Positions 54,517-63,995 of a DNA stretch of 64,000 bases are shown piece by piece (the stretch's first letter is position 1; each line of letters opens with the position of its first letter). The notes beneath the pieces are model-generated. The model was not told where the DNA came from, did no database searches, and saw only the letters and a list, made by a program, of their open reading frames with translations. This DNA comes from Pirellulaceae bacterium (GTDB lineage Bacteria > Planctomycetota > Planctomycetia > Pirellulales > Pirellulaceae). Location of the stretch: the NCBI GenBank assembly GCA_045565995.1, contig JBJLEF010000001.1:1590182-1654181 (forward strand). Reading direction: 5' to 3'. The translations under genes were made by a program, and so were the position numbers.

Positions 54517-55230
54517 TTATTGCTTTTGTCCTTTGAAGTAGACCATACTCCAAAATGGGATTCCCCATCGTTTCAGATGGAACGCTTCAAAAATGACCGG
54601 CTTAAAGTGTTTTGTGAATAGTTTCTTCCAGTGATCCAATGGCCGAGGATGTTTACCACGATCGAATTTGGCCAATGTGCGTGGTATTCCTTTAGAATCC
54701 GGAAGTACAAGATCTAAAATATGAATGTGCCCTTCGTCTGACAGTATGTGCTGAAGACGACTCAGGATTTTATCACTGTTGTCATCATCGATATGATGAA
54801 GGAACGAATTCAACAGAATAAAGTCGGAGCGGTCAGCCTCGGAAGGATGATATTCACGTACATCCTGAAGTCGAAATTCGCACGTTGCTCCATGGGAAGC
54901 GGTGAATCTACGCGTAGCGTTTTCGATATACCGGGGGTTAATGTCCAGCCCAAGATACTCTCGTCCTTGGAAAAATTGTGCATTTGTCCCTGGTCCGCAA
55001 CCAACATCCAGTACGCGTCGGATGTTGGAAAAATCCGTATGTTTAAGCAGCGGTTTGAATTTGTGTTGCGCAAACGGAGCCTGCCACAATTGGTAGACTT
55101 TAGGGAAGGACAAAATGTCTCGTATTCCACTCATATACGCAGTATAGCTTTGGTTGTTCACCGTCTTTCGAATGGAGTCTGGCTGCGGAGAAAAACGGGC
55201 GTGGTTGGGGACTAGTCGTGACGGATGCAC
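54517..55230 (-). CDS. class I SAM-dependent methyltransferase
   Basis: Motif I 'VLDVGCGPGTNAQFF' and 'ILLNSFLHHI' are present. Confidence 0.75.
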   Translation of the reverse strand: MHPSRLVPNHARFSPQPDSIRKTVNNQSYTAYMSGIRDILSFPKVYQLWQAPFAQHKFKPLLKHTDFSNIRRVLDVGCGPGTNAQFFQGREYLGLDINPRYIENATRRFTASHGATCEFRLQDVREYHPSEADRSDFILLNSFLHHIDDDNSDKILSRLQHILSDEGHIHILDLVLPDSKGIPRTLAKFDRGKHPRPLDHWKKLFTKHFKPVIFEAFHLKRWGIPFWSMVYFKGQKQ

Positions 55231-55248
55231 CGGTCATAACGAATCAAA

Positions 55249-55620
55249 TCAGCAGTTTTCCTTAGGAGCGGACGACCCTGGAGGCCATTGTAGATTGCAC
55301 CCACCCATCAGGTGATAGTGCAAGTGGAAAACAGTTTGCCCGCCATTTTCCCCGCAATTACAAATAATACGGTAGCCGTCTTCGGCGAGTCCCTGCTCGC
55401 GAGCGATCGTTTGGATGACTAAGAACAAGTGTCCGATCAGTTCTTTATCTTCAGACTTGATTTGGTCAATGGACGGGATCTCTTTTTTCGGAATCACCAA
55501 AATGTGAATCGGTGCCTGAGGAGCGACATCGTGAAAGGCTAAGCATTGATCATCTTCATAGACAATGCTGGCTGGAATCTCACCATCGATAATCTGTTTG
55601 AAAATCGTAGATTCGTTCAT
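55249..55620 (-). CDS. HIT (histidine triad) family nucleotide hydrolase
   Basis: 'HLHYHLMGG' is an HxHxHxx motif in a 123-aa protein. Confidence 0.85.
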   Translation of the reverse strand: MNESTIFKQIIDGEIPASIVYEDDQCLAFHDVAPQAPIHILVIPKKEIPSIDQIKSEDKELIGHLFLVIQTIAREQGLAEDGYRIICNCGENGGQTVFHLHYHLMGGCNLQWPPGSSAPKENC

Positions 55621-55907
55621 CAGGAGCCTCTCTCTTGTAGCTGGCCTAGTGTAATGGCATCATCGGGATTCATATCCGGAATCCCTTGATAAATCGGCAT
55701 CAGCAAGGAGCCTTCCTGATTGATCAGGCCGCCATCAATAGGAGTATCGAGTTCCTCCATGATTCGCGATTGGATTTTCTTTTTCCCGATCCCCTCATTA
55801 ATAGATTGTATTACTGAGTCTTCGGCTATGCTGAGCGTGCTGGCGGTCACGGGACATCGAAGAATCGAGAGGAGTTGCGGATCAATCATAATAATAGCTC
55901 GGAACAC
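55620..55907 (-). CDS. Trm112/YcaR-like (UPF0434) small protein
   Basis: The N-terminal 'LLSILRCPVTASTL' resembles a Trm112 start that has lost its zinc ligands. The call is weak. Confidence 0.35.
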   Translation of the reverse strand: MFRAIIMIDPQLLSILRCPVTASTLSIAEDSVIQSINEGIGKKKIQSRIMEELDTPIDGGLINQEGSLLMPIYQGIPDMNPDDAITLGQLQERGS

Positions 55908-55984
55908 GAATGAAGGAATTCAAGTCTATTATACCAACGCTAACGGTATCTGTTTGTAGCGACTGGTCACAACACCCTCAGTGC

Positions 55985-56019
55985 ATAAAAAAGGGACATC
56001 CTAGTGAGGATGTCCCTTT
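55985..56019 (-). terminator. rho-independent terminator (minus strand) after the 99-aa gene
   Basis: A 12-bp perfect stem 'aaagggacatcc'/'ggatgtcccttt' flanks a 6-nt loop. On the minus strand it is followed by TTTTTTAT. Confidence 0.7.
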
Positions 56020-56087
56020 AGTTTTACGTGGAGAATAATCTGATGTGAGAGAGAGAGAAGTAGATTGAATCTCAACGTATTTAAGGC

Positions 56088-56387
56088 TTAGTGGGTCTGC
56101 GTAGGTTCCAAAGCGTCGTTTTCTTTTGTTGGGCGTGATGAGCTAGTTGCCCATTCCTTGGTTAGTTCTTCGAAAACTTCTGGAGTTTCGTAGCGAACAT
56201 GTTTGCCGTCAGCCATTGGGCCCACAAGTCCTTGTAAAACAGGAAGTCCGCGGATTGTCAGATCTGTATGACAGTCGTCCATTCCAATTTGTTCGAATTC
56301 ACTTACCAACGTATCTTCCGATACAAAGTCATTCATTAAGAATGAGCCGTCAGAAGCTCGGGTTATAACTCGAAAAGTCCGTTTCAT
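56088..56387 (-). CDS. hypothetical protein (99 aa)
   Basis: Clean ORF followed by a strong terminator. No motif was recognised. Confidence 0.35.
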   Translation of the reverse strand: MKRTFRVITRASDGSFLMNDFVSEDTLVSEFEQIGMDDCHTDLTIRGLPVLQGLVGPMADGKHVRYETPEVFEELTKEWATSSSRPTKENDALEPTQTH

Positions 56388-56786
56388 TTCATCACCTAAC
56401 AGGGATAACTTTGGTTCCCACTTTGTTTGTCAGCTTGTTCCAGGAAGTTCTTGTTAGAATCCAAAATCGGTGGAGTAAGTTGACCGAGAGAGTGCCTCTC
56501 GCTGAAGAACATATCGACGACTTGCTTCAACAAAAAAGAGAAATAATTTGGTGCGCGATATCATGGGTTCATTTGGACCAGCCCTAACAACGGCCTTTAG
56601 CGGCATGAGCGATACAACCGACACTCGCGATTGCTTTTCGATTACAGGAAGTTACGAATAGTCTGGATATAGGGATGAGTTCTGTTCTGGATAGAGGTGC
56701 AACGTCCGGTTATGCAGGTCGTTCGAACTGGTTCAGATCTACCATCTTGCCACGAGCTTCTAATAGGCTAAAACAGTAGTACTCTA

Positions 56787-56869
56787 GGAAGGTATGCGAA
56801 TTGGTGAGCGACCTGATTCGAAATCAGGGGCCGGGTGACCGGTTGCGGGTTCGAGTCCCGTGCCTTCCG
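56787..56869 (+). tRNA. candidate tRNA-Ser (anticodon CGA), class II with long variable arm
   Basis: Acceptor GGAAGGT/GCCTTCC has a U-G at 7-66. The anticodon arm is cctga-TTCGAAA-tcagg. The variable arm is ccgg-gtga-ccgg. The T-arm is gcggg-TTCGAGT-cccgt. A T-run follows. I could not fold the D-arm canonically by eye. Confidence 0.5.
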
Positions 56870-56986
56870 CTTTTTTATGCGCATGGATTTACCTTAATTC
56901 GTTGCGTAGCGGGAGAAAAAACCTTACGCTTCAATGAGTAAGTCATATGACAGAGGTCCGGGATAACGACTGTAAATGAGAGAATT

Positions 56987-57796
56987 ATGAACGCTAACGA
57001 TCAACAGAAATCAAACAACTCAGACGTGGCGGAGCGTATTAAAGATGAAGTCCGAATTTACTTTTATCCCAAGATTATCTTTTTGTTGCCGACACTAGTC
57101 TACTGTTTCCTCGCGGCCTGCTACCTGCAATTTGTCGGGGTGGACACCGAGGCCCCGGTAGCTCAACAGGCACCTGATCAAGCCGCTGTGGAGGGAGTAG
57201 AACAGGATGGGCGAGCTGCTGAAGAAGTGTTCATTGCTCCGCAGGTGACTACCACGGTTATCTTTATGTTGGTGTTCATCTTCAACCTTGTCGTGATAGG
57301 GTTTGATTTCCCATCGAACCGCTTTATAGCATTGATTGCCTTCTTGTTTCTGGGAGTGGCAGTTTTATGGATTCTTAGTAAAGAGAATCCGGAATTGCTT
57401 GGTGGTATTGGAGACTTTATCAGCAGCTTTAAGCCTTCAGCGAATGCTACATTCTACTGGGTCTTGACGGTGATGCTGGGTAGTTTGTTCGGCATTATGT
57501 TTTTAGCTCGATCGTTGGATTATTGGGAGATTCGTCCCAATGAAGCAGTTCACGTGCACGGACTTCCTCGGCATAAGAAACGGTACTCAGCACATCACAT
57601 GCGATTTGAAATGGAAGTGAATGATATCTTCGAACACATGTGGCCCTTCAAAGCGGGACGTCTTTATATTCGTCCGACTAACGAGAAGCAGCAATATGTT
57701 CTCGACAATGTGATGAACGTTCGCAAAGTAAACGATCAGGCTAATCAGATTCTTAGTGCGTTACAGGTCCAGGTACGAGAGGACGCCGAAGTCTAG
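56987..57796 (+). CDS. hypothetical membrane protein (4 predicted TM)
   Basis: Hydrophobic segments include 'IIFLLPTLVYCFLAACYL', 'TTVIFMLVFIFNLVVIGF', 'IALIAFLFLGVAVLWIL' and 'FYWVLTVMLGSLFGIMFLA'. Confidence 0.4.
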   Translation: MNANDQQKSNNSDVAERIKDEVRIYFYPKIIFLLPTLVYCFLAACYLQFVGVDTEAPVAQQAPDQAAVEGVEQDGRAAEEVFIAPQVTTTVIFMLVFIFNLVVIGFDFPSNRFIALIAFLFLGVAVLWILSKENPELLGGIGDFISSFKPSANATFYWVLTVMLGSLFGIMFLARSLDYWEIRPNEAVHVHGLPRHKKRYSAHHMRFEMEVNDIFEHMWPFKAGRLYIRPTNEKQQYVLDNVMNVRKVNDQANQILSALQVQVREDAEV

Positions 57797-57840
57797 GTGC
57801 CCAAGCTATCTAAACTTTCGAGATGGCTTTGATGATCGCC

Positions 57841-60800
57841 TTAGAAAGGGAAGAGTTTCGTGGGAAGCTCTTTGAATTGTTCCAGCACGTTTGGCAACCG
57901 AGGCCACACCGGTGTTGGCTCAGGTAGTTCACTTGTTGCTTCCCGCTCGATGATTGTCGCTTGTTTAGCAATGTTGTCCTGTTGGTAGGGTGCGTACTTG
58001 GTTAAATATCGCGGCCAGTAACTGCTCAGATATTCGTAGCAGTCTGAGACCCGGCCCTGCCCGGGTTGAGAGTAGGCGATCGAAATGTCCTTCATCAATT
58101 CCCGGTATTCGCGCTGTTGAAACCACAGGTCGTACACTTGAAGATTATCAATTTCGACATGCCCGGAGGACATCAAGTCAAAGCCCACTCGTAAATCCGT
58201 GAGCCCTTGAGTTGGTAAATCATCCACAATCAAGACATAACGATTCCATTTGGCGGTCAAGGGATTGATATTACGCGTCGTAGTGAGGCCGGACTCTGGT
58301 TTTCCAATTGTACGTGGTCGATAGTAGACCTTCCCATGCAGTCGACCTTCGATGGATAGGCGAATGGAAGGTTGATGGTCCGGCGTCGTAGTTCTCATCC
58401 ACACCGTGAATGCCACCCGACCCGTTGGTGGCACATTGAAGGGCTCACTGCGAATCCAGAGGACCTGCCTTGAGGAGGGGGGGCGATGTAATGAAATATG
58501 TTGCGCGCCGCTCTGCGGGGAATCTCGAACTATTTCGACTCGATTTCCTGCCTGACTGTTATATAGCCATCCTGGTAATGCCTGATTTCCGGAAGTTGCT
58601 TCGAAGTCAGCATTCTTCAAGGGAGTTCGACTGCTGGGCTGTTGTAACGGGCCTAGTCGTTGGTTTATTTTTAAAAGACTATTATGAAGTTGAGGAACGA
58701 CTTCCTGATTGTACTGTACATTAGCGCCAATGACCTGAGCTTCCGCGTGGTCGATTCGGACTGCGATCAGATCAAACGGTTCCATGACCAATTGCCAGGT
58801 GGCACCCTTAGGATGCCATCGAAAACTGGACTTGGCATCCTGTCCCAATGCGACAGGATGTCCATTTGGGGGTAACAGTAATTCCACCTGAGCAGTAGTG
58901 GCCCAGGGCGCATTGTTTAATACGTAGAGGTATGTCGACCGTTGAGTTTCATCTACGGCAAGGTGCCGGCGAATAACCAGAGGCTGAGCAATTGGAACCC
59001 CATCCGCCCGGACGGTTTCGAATTTTACGGCCGGCAATTGTTGGTAGCTGTGGAAGATTTGGCGTGTAGCATCTTCCTGCCCCATCGAAAGCAGCCATCC
59101 TCCGTCGACAAATATCTGTTGATCAGACTTGGCTAGTGCCGAAATAAATCGCTGCCGATTGAACTGGTGAGACGGAGTAAGTGTGTTGGCAAACCAGGTG
59201 TTGGTGTTGTCCGGTCCCCAAGGTGATTGTTGTTCTAAATCCGTCAGTCTGGCAACATGAGGTGAATGCTGGAACAGGATCCCGGTTGTTCGCTGCCGAC
59301 CATATAATTTGCCAATCCCGGGAGAGCGGTTCAATTCCATTTGTACGTGTTGGCTTACAGGGTCGAGCACTGGGCTCGTCTGCTTAGGCTGGAGCCAAAC
59401 GACATGATCGAATGCGCCGGTCGCAGTAGGGTTCAGTCCAAGCTGACTCAGTAAATTGTCCAGCGAGTTTTGAGAGGGGAGGAGCGGCCTTGCTAACTGG
59501 CGAGCGTGTCGTGTTGCATACAATTCAGAAGTTGACAGATAAATTCGAGCTTTTGAATTGGAGGAAAAAGTTTGTTGGAGATCTTCAGCCAGTTGAACAT
59601 AGAAATTCATCAATTCCTTGCTGATCCAGGTCGTCCATTCTCGCCGGTAGCGTTGGTGAATAGCCTGGAGGTTTTCTTTGTGAGTGGCACTGGGAACTAA
59701 CTGCTGTTGCTCGAAGAATCGTGTCAGAGTCTTTTCATCCGGAACCCAATTGGTACTAGGTAACTGAGTGTATGTACTAGGAGTTAATTCAAGACAGATA
59801 CCACCAAAGCTGTCATGTTGTTGGTAACGTTCAACGACAGACGTGAGTAGTTTTCTTAACACCCCCTGAACTCGGGGATCTAACGGATTGTAAAGTGCCT
59901 GGCTAGCTAGCGTTGTATTCGTATCAGGACTGTATTTTAAGTAAATACTTTTGTCATACTCGCCAATCGCCTCCAGTTCATGTAACCTTCCCGACAACTG
60001 GAAAGCGGGAATGAACACTAATTTTCTCTCGTCAAAAATACGAAACAGCATTTCGACGACGTCTTTCTTTATTGGGTCTTGTCCATTGGAAAAGAATACA
60101 CCGCTATCGTATTTGGGTCGTGAGTTGAAATACGCACTTGGAAACAGACTGCTGCCATCACTTAACACATTGAGAATGGTACCGGAATTCCCTGCATACT
60201 GTAGGTAGTCAGCTAGCCGAACTCCTCCCTGGTAAAAAGTATTCCAGTCATCGAGAGTGGTGGTGTTGTCGCCCGCCTTGGCCTCCAACGCGCCGAAATT
60301 CTCCATGAAAAAGGGTTTATGGAAGTAGGTCAGTGCTTGCCGCTTACTTCGAGTTGTCGGCATGGCGTCTGCTGACCGGGAATCGTTCGAATACAGATCT
60401 GAGATTCTTCCCTGCAGCTCGGAGACCTGGATCTCGCCAAAGATCGCATCTCGGGTGCCAAATTGATTTCTTAAAACTAACATCGGGTGTTTTGTTTTGG
60501 GCCAGAATAAAATTTTATGTTTTAGAGAAGTCGTACCTTGGGACCATTCCGGTTTGTGGAGATAAAAACCAGAGTCGATTCCCAGAGGCATGATTTTCCC
60601 GAGTGCATTGGGCTCCAAAATGCTAAGGGCCATTGTTTGAGGTACGTTGGATGGATATTCCACTTCCAGCAAATGAGGACGATTTAGATGTTCGATCGTT
60701 AACGGATATGCTTGCCAACCACCTTCGGTAAGTTTGCTATACGGTTTACCATCATGTTCTATTTCTTGAACCTGCTCATTGCCAAATGGCTTAAATCCTA

Positions 60801-61923
60801 AGTCGCTAGGAGATGATCCGGTTAAGTATTTCAACTGCTCGGTGGGATTGAGTGAGGCTAGGTGTTCCCACCATGCAGGGTTTGCCGGATTAAACTTTAG
60901 AATTTCCTTCCATTTGGCTTGTTGGGCGGGAGGAGCGTCGATGCCACCAACCACGACAAATTGAATTCTTCGAGTGGCGAGTGGAGCGGGACGAACGAGC
61001 GTGTCGGTAAATCTTTTGGAATCCACTCGAAACTCAATGTTGTAGACACCAGGACGAGAAGGGATTGGAAGTTTTAGATTATTCCAAACTGGGAACTTAC
61101 TTTGAGTCTGCAGTTCAACCAAATGTTGTTGTTGATGAATAACTTGTTGTTGGTCGGTTGCAATCAGGAATACAGAGTACTGAAAAGTGCCACTGCGTTC
61201 GCGACCGATTAAATGCGGAATTAACGAGACTTCAAAAGTTTCATTAGGATGGAAGACCATCGTCGGGCGTTTGTGTTGAATGCGGAGTACGTCATCAGGT
61301 GCCCGTCTGACTTGCCCGCGATTGCCATCTTCATCTAACAACATATCCAAGGACTTAAATAGAAATTGTTCGATTGGGCGATCTACTTCAAACGTTAGTT
61401 CGGGATTGTCCACGGAAACGAGATTAATCTTCAATCTTGCATTACGTGAAGTGGTTAGTGAGACATCTAACGCATCATATTCCTGGGCGGTTTGCTGGGA
61501 GACCGAAATTTGATTGTGCAGAGTGCTAAAGCCATCCGCCGGGTGATTACTTGTTAGAACACTTGATGGGCTTAGTTCTACTCCATGGTTCATCAGGTGT
61601 TGGAAATGACCTTCGGAGACTTCAATGGTGCCAGACCATTGGACAGGCTTGCCTCCACCCCACGCGATACGAAGTCGGGTGTCTATCGATGAGTTTGTCA
61701 TGCGTCCCGGCCTAAGGCCAGCTTGCATGGTCCCCAATCCGTTCTTGGAAGCTGGCACCCCGCCGACTTGTCGAATTCCATTGGTTGGATTGGAAGGGCG
61801 GGGCACAATCGGAGTGGGCTGCGCTATCGCTGTCGAAAGTGTGAACACAATCGAAACCAACGCTAAGCCAAACTGACCTGTCATCCCATGAGTTAGCACG
61901 TTGTGGTAGTCTCCCTGCTTCAC
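57841..61923 (-). CDS. large (1360 aa) secreted hypothetical protein with C-terminal CBM4_9/galactose-binding-like beta-sandwich
   Basis: A signal peptide 'FGLALVSIVFTLSTAIAQP' is present. The C-terminal 'NADFEATSGNQALPGWLYNSQ...VEIDNLQVYDL' resembles a CBM4_9-type domain. The long ORF has few antisense ORFs. Confidence 0.55.
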   Translation of the reverse strand: MKQGDYHNVLTHGMTGQFGLALVSIVFTLSTAIAQPTPIVPRPSNPTNGIRQVGGVPASKNGLGTMQAGLRPGRMTNSSIDTRLRIAWGGGKPVQWSGTIEVSEGHFQHLMNHGVELSPSSVLTSNHPADGFSTLHNQISVSQQTAQEYDALDVSLTTSRNARLKINLVSVDNPELTFEVDRPIEQFLFKSLDMLLDEDGNRGQVRRAPDDVLRIQHKRPTMVFHPNETFEVSLIPHLIGRERSGTFQYSVFLIATDQQQVIHQQQHLVELQTQSKFPVWNNLKLPIPSRPGVYNIEFRVDSKRFTDTLVRPAPLATRRIQFVVVGGIDAPPAQQAKWKEILKFNPANPAWWEHLASLNPTEQLKYLTGSSPSDLGFKPFGNEQVQEIEHDGKPYSKLTEGGWQAYPLTIEHLNRPHLLEVEYPSNVPQTMALSILEPNALGKIMPLGIDSGFYLHKPEWSQGTTSLKHKILFWPKTKHPMLVLRNQFGTRDAIFGEIQVSELQGRISDLYSNDSRSADAMPTTRSKRQALTYFHKPFFMENFGALEAKAGDNTTTLDDWNTFYQGGVRLADYLQYAGNSGTILNVLSDGSSLFPSAYFNSRPKYDSGVFFSNGQDPIKKDVVEMLFRIFDERKLVFIPAFQLSGRLHELEAIGEYDKSIYLKYSPDTNTTLASQALYNPLDPRVQGVLRKLLTSVVERYQQHDSFGGICLELTPSTYTQLPSTNWVPDEKTLTRFFEQQQLVPSATHKENLQAIHQRYRREWTTWISKELMNFYVQLAEDLQQTFSSNSKARIYLSTSELYATRHARQLARPLLPSQNSLDNLLSQLGLNPTATGAFDHVVWLQPKQTSPVLDPVSQHVQMELNRSPGIGKLYGRQRTTGILFQHSPHVARLTDLEQQSPWGPDNTNTWFANTLTPSHQFNRQRFISALAKSDQQIFVDGGWLLSMGQEDATRQIFHSYQQLPAVKFETVRADGVPIAQPLVIRRHLAVDETQRSTYLYVLNNAPWATTAQVELLLPPNGHPVALGQDAKSSFRWHPKGATWQLVMEPFDLIAVRIDHAEAQVIGANVQYNQEVVPQLHNSLLKINQRLGPLQQPSSRTPLKNADFEATSGNQALPGWLYNSQAGNRVEIVRDSPQSGAQHISLHRPPSSRQVLWIRSEPFNVPPTGRVAFTVWMRTTTPDHQPSIRLSIEGRLHGKVYYRPRTIGKPESGLTTTRNINPLTAKWNRYVLIVDDLPTQGLTDLRVGFDLMSSGHVEIDNLQVYDLWFQQREYRELMKDISIAYSQPGQGRVSDCYEYLSSYWPRYLTKYAPYQQDNIAKQATIIEREATSELPEPTPVWPRLPNVLEQFKELPTKLFPF

Positions 61924-62020
61924 TCCAAATCCCTAGAACAAGACTGGGGATTAGCTGTGCAATAAAGCGGAATTATAGTGCTTTTCGGTAAACAGAGAAC
62001 AGACCAATCTGAGTGGAGTT

Positions 62021-63283
62021 CTAGTGCTGTTTCTGCAGAGAATCCGGTAGAATTACGCCCTGAGCCAGCAAGTCAGCAGGGGATTTGAAAAGCATTTCAA
62101 AGGCTTGGATAATGTCTTTCCGACGACTTCCAATTTCATTCGATTCCCAGCGATCATCGGGCTTTGCATAGAGTCGTAGATTTCCCTCCTCTGTGGTAAC
62201 TGAAAACCAAGCGGGTGCTAGAATCCCGAGTCGCTCATTGGCGAATTTAGAAAGTGTGAATTGTTGAGCCAGAGGGGTTACGTCCTCACTAGGGGATTCA
62301 AGCTGCTGGAGCAGAGAACGATGGCTTCGGGGGGCTTGTTCATGCCATCGGCCGGTCATCCATTCCTCTAATGTGGAGTTAACACATTCGGACTGGAGCA
62401 ATTCCGAATTCCTAAAGGGTGCCACTTTGGGCACCTCGGACGACTGTGGTATGAATTTTGTGACAAACAAGGGGACGTGCAATTGGTCGGTGGCCGGTTG
62501 GGAATGCTCGTGGCCCACACCTCCATGGTGTCCCAGAGCCTGACTTCGTGGCGAGGTGACAATCAGCAGTGTCGTCTCACGGAGATTTTGTGCCAGGCTT
62601 TGAATCTGATCCAATAGGAATCCCAGACATGTATCCAGGACGCTGGCCTGAGCAGCATAGGCATGAACAACCTGCATGATTTCATCCGGATCGCTGTCGT
62701 TTACCAGAGGTCCGATGGGCGGCTGAGCGATGTTTGCTACTTCAGGATCTTCTTCGCCAAAGAATTGTTCCCGATAAGCCAAGGGGGCGTCCCAAACGAC
62801 TCCCAGATTACTGTGATGAATCCAGGTAAGATCGTGAGTAAGCCCTTGCTCCAATTCTTTCATCACCAGACTGATAAACTGTGCGGTGGCAGTTAGTTCA
62901 AGGGAGTCAGCGATCGCTGTTGAGATAGCGGCTGGTATGGTTTTGATCTCGGTAAATTCCTGACAGCCAGAAACATTCGTCAGAGAATCTCCTTCTTGAA
63001 TCAACAGGCTGGATTGGCCTCTCTCCGTCAATTGCTGCATTAGAGTTGGTCTGGCTTCAGTCGAGATTGCGTGTTGGCCAGTGAGTACGCTTCGCATGGA
63101 AGACTCAAAACAGGTACTTGAACTAAGGCAGTACTCAGCGGTCATACCAATGGCTGCCAAATTATCGAATGCTGGCGTGGGATTCCAAGTATTTCCATAA
63201 GGTGAAAGGTATCTCGCACTTAGTTGATCAATAGTAATGATAATAGCTTTAGGCATGGCTTTAGCAGGGATTTCCCGTCTCAA
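62021..63283 (-). CDS. alkaline-phosphatase/sulfatase-superfamily protein with degenerate active-site motif
   Basis: 'AIIITIDQLSARYLSPYGNTWNPTPAFDNLA...TCFESSMRSVLTGQH' follows the sulfatase/AP core layout. The C/S-x-P-x-R signature is replaced by 'TCFES'. Confidence 0.4.
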   Translation of the reverse strand: MRREIPAKAMPKAIIITIDQLSARYLSPYGNTWNPTPAFDNLAAIGMTAEYCLSSSTCFESSMRSVLTGQHAISTEARPTLMQQLTERGQSSLLIQEGDSLTNVSGCQEFTEIKTIPAAISTAIADSLELTATAQFISLVMKELEQGLTHDLTWIHHSNLGVVWDAPLAYREQFFGEEDPEVANIAQPPIGPLVNDSDPDEIMQVVHAYAAQASVLDTCLGFLLDQIQSLAQNLRETTLLIVTSPRSQALGHHGGVGHEHSQPATDQLHVPLFVTKFIPQSSEVPKVAPFRNSELLQSECVNSTLEEWMTGRWHEQAPRSHRSLLQQLESPSEDVTPLAQQFTLSKFANERLGILAPAWFSVTTEEGNLRLYAKPDDRWESNEIGSRRKDIIQAFEMLFKSPADLLAQGVILPDSLQKQH

Positions 63284-63383
63284 TCTAATGGTGGATTGTG
63301 TGGATTCATGACCGTTCTATAGTACTAGTTTTTACACGTTCTATTAGAATAATTGAATAGTCTTAAGATCGGATCTTTTCAAT

Positions 63384-63995
63384 ATGCAACTAACCAGCCG
63401 ATTGCTCGTGGCAGCAGCTAAAATTATTAGCGGCTATACTGTGCGCTGGAAGCATGTAATGCCGGACACCTGCCAGCGAATCTACTTTGCCAATCATACA
63501 AGTCACCTTGATGCATTGGTACTCTGGGCGGGGCTGCCTGCTCACTTACGGGAAATTACGCGTCCGGTCGCTGCGAAAGATTATTGGGAGAAAGGGTGGA
63601 TACGTCGGCATGTGGCCAGTGCTTTTAATGCCTTGTTGATTGATCGTCGTGAAGTCAAGGTCCACCAGAGTCCAGTGGACTTGATGATTCGTGAGATGGA
63701 TGACAAATACAGTTTGATCATCTTTCCTGAAGGCAGTCGTAATGCCAAAGAGGAAATGAATAAGTTCAAAAGTGGTTTGTATTATTTGGCAAAGAAGCGC
63801 CCCGATCTCGAGCTAGTGCCAGTTTATTTAGATAATATGAATCGTATACTACCGCGTGGAGAAGTGTTGCCCGTACCACTGCTGAGCAACATCACGATCG
63901 GAGCTCCCATTTGGCTGGAACAGGGAGAATCGAAACAGCAGTTTCTGGGTCGTGCTCGCCAGTCGATTATTAGATTGAGGGATGACGAAGAGTAA
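63384..63995 (+). CDS. 1-acyl-sn-glycerol-3-phosphate acyltransferase (PlsC/LPLAT family)
   Basis: The HxxxxD motif 'ANHTSHLDALVL' and block III 'IIFPEGSRN' are present. Confidence 0.8.
   Translation: MQLTSRLLVAAAKIISGYTVRWKHVMPDTCQRIYFANHTSHLDALVLWAGLPAHLREITRPVAAKDYWEKGWIRRHVASAFNALLIDRREVKVHQSPVDLMIREMDDKYSLIIFPEGSRNAKEEMNKFKSGLYYLAKKRPDLELVPVYLDNMNRILPRGEVLPVPLLSNITIGAPIWLEQGESKQQFLGRARQSIIRLRDDEE

Noticed and set aside
56787-56869. Reverse-strand reading of the same locus as tRNA-Arg(TCG)
   Set aside because: On the minus strand the T-loop would read ACTCGAA, with no T-psi-C, and the acceptor has a C-A mismatch. The plus-strand tRNA-Ser reading fits far better.
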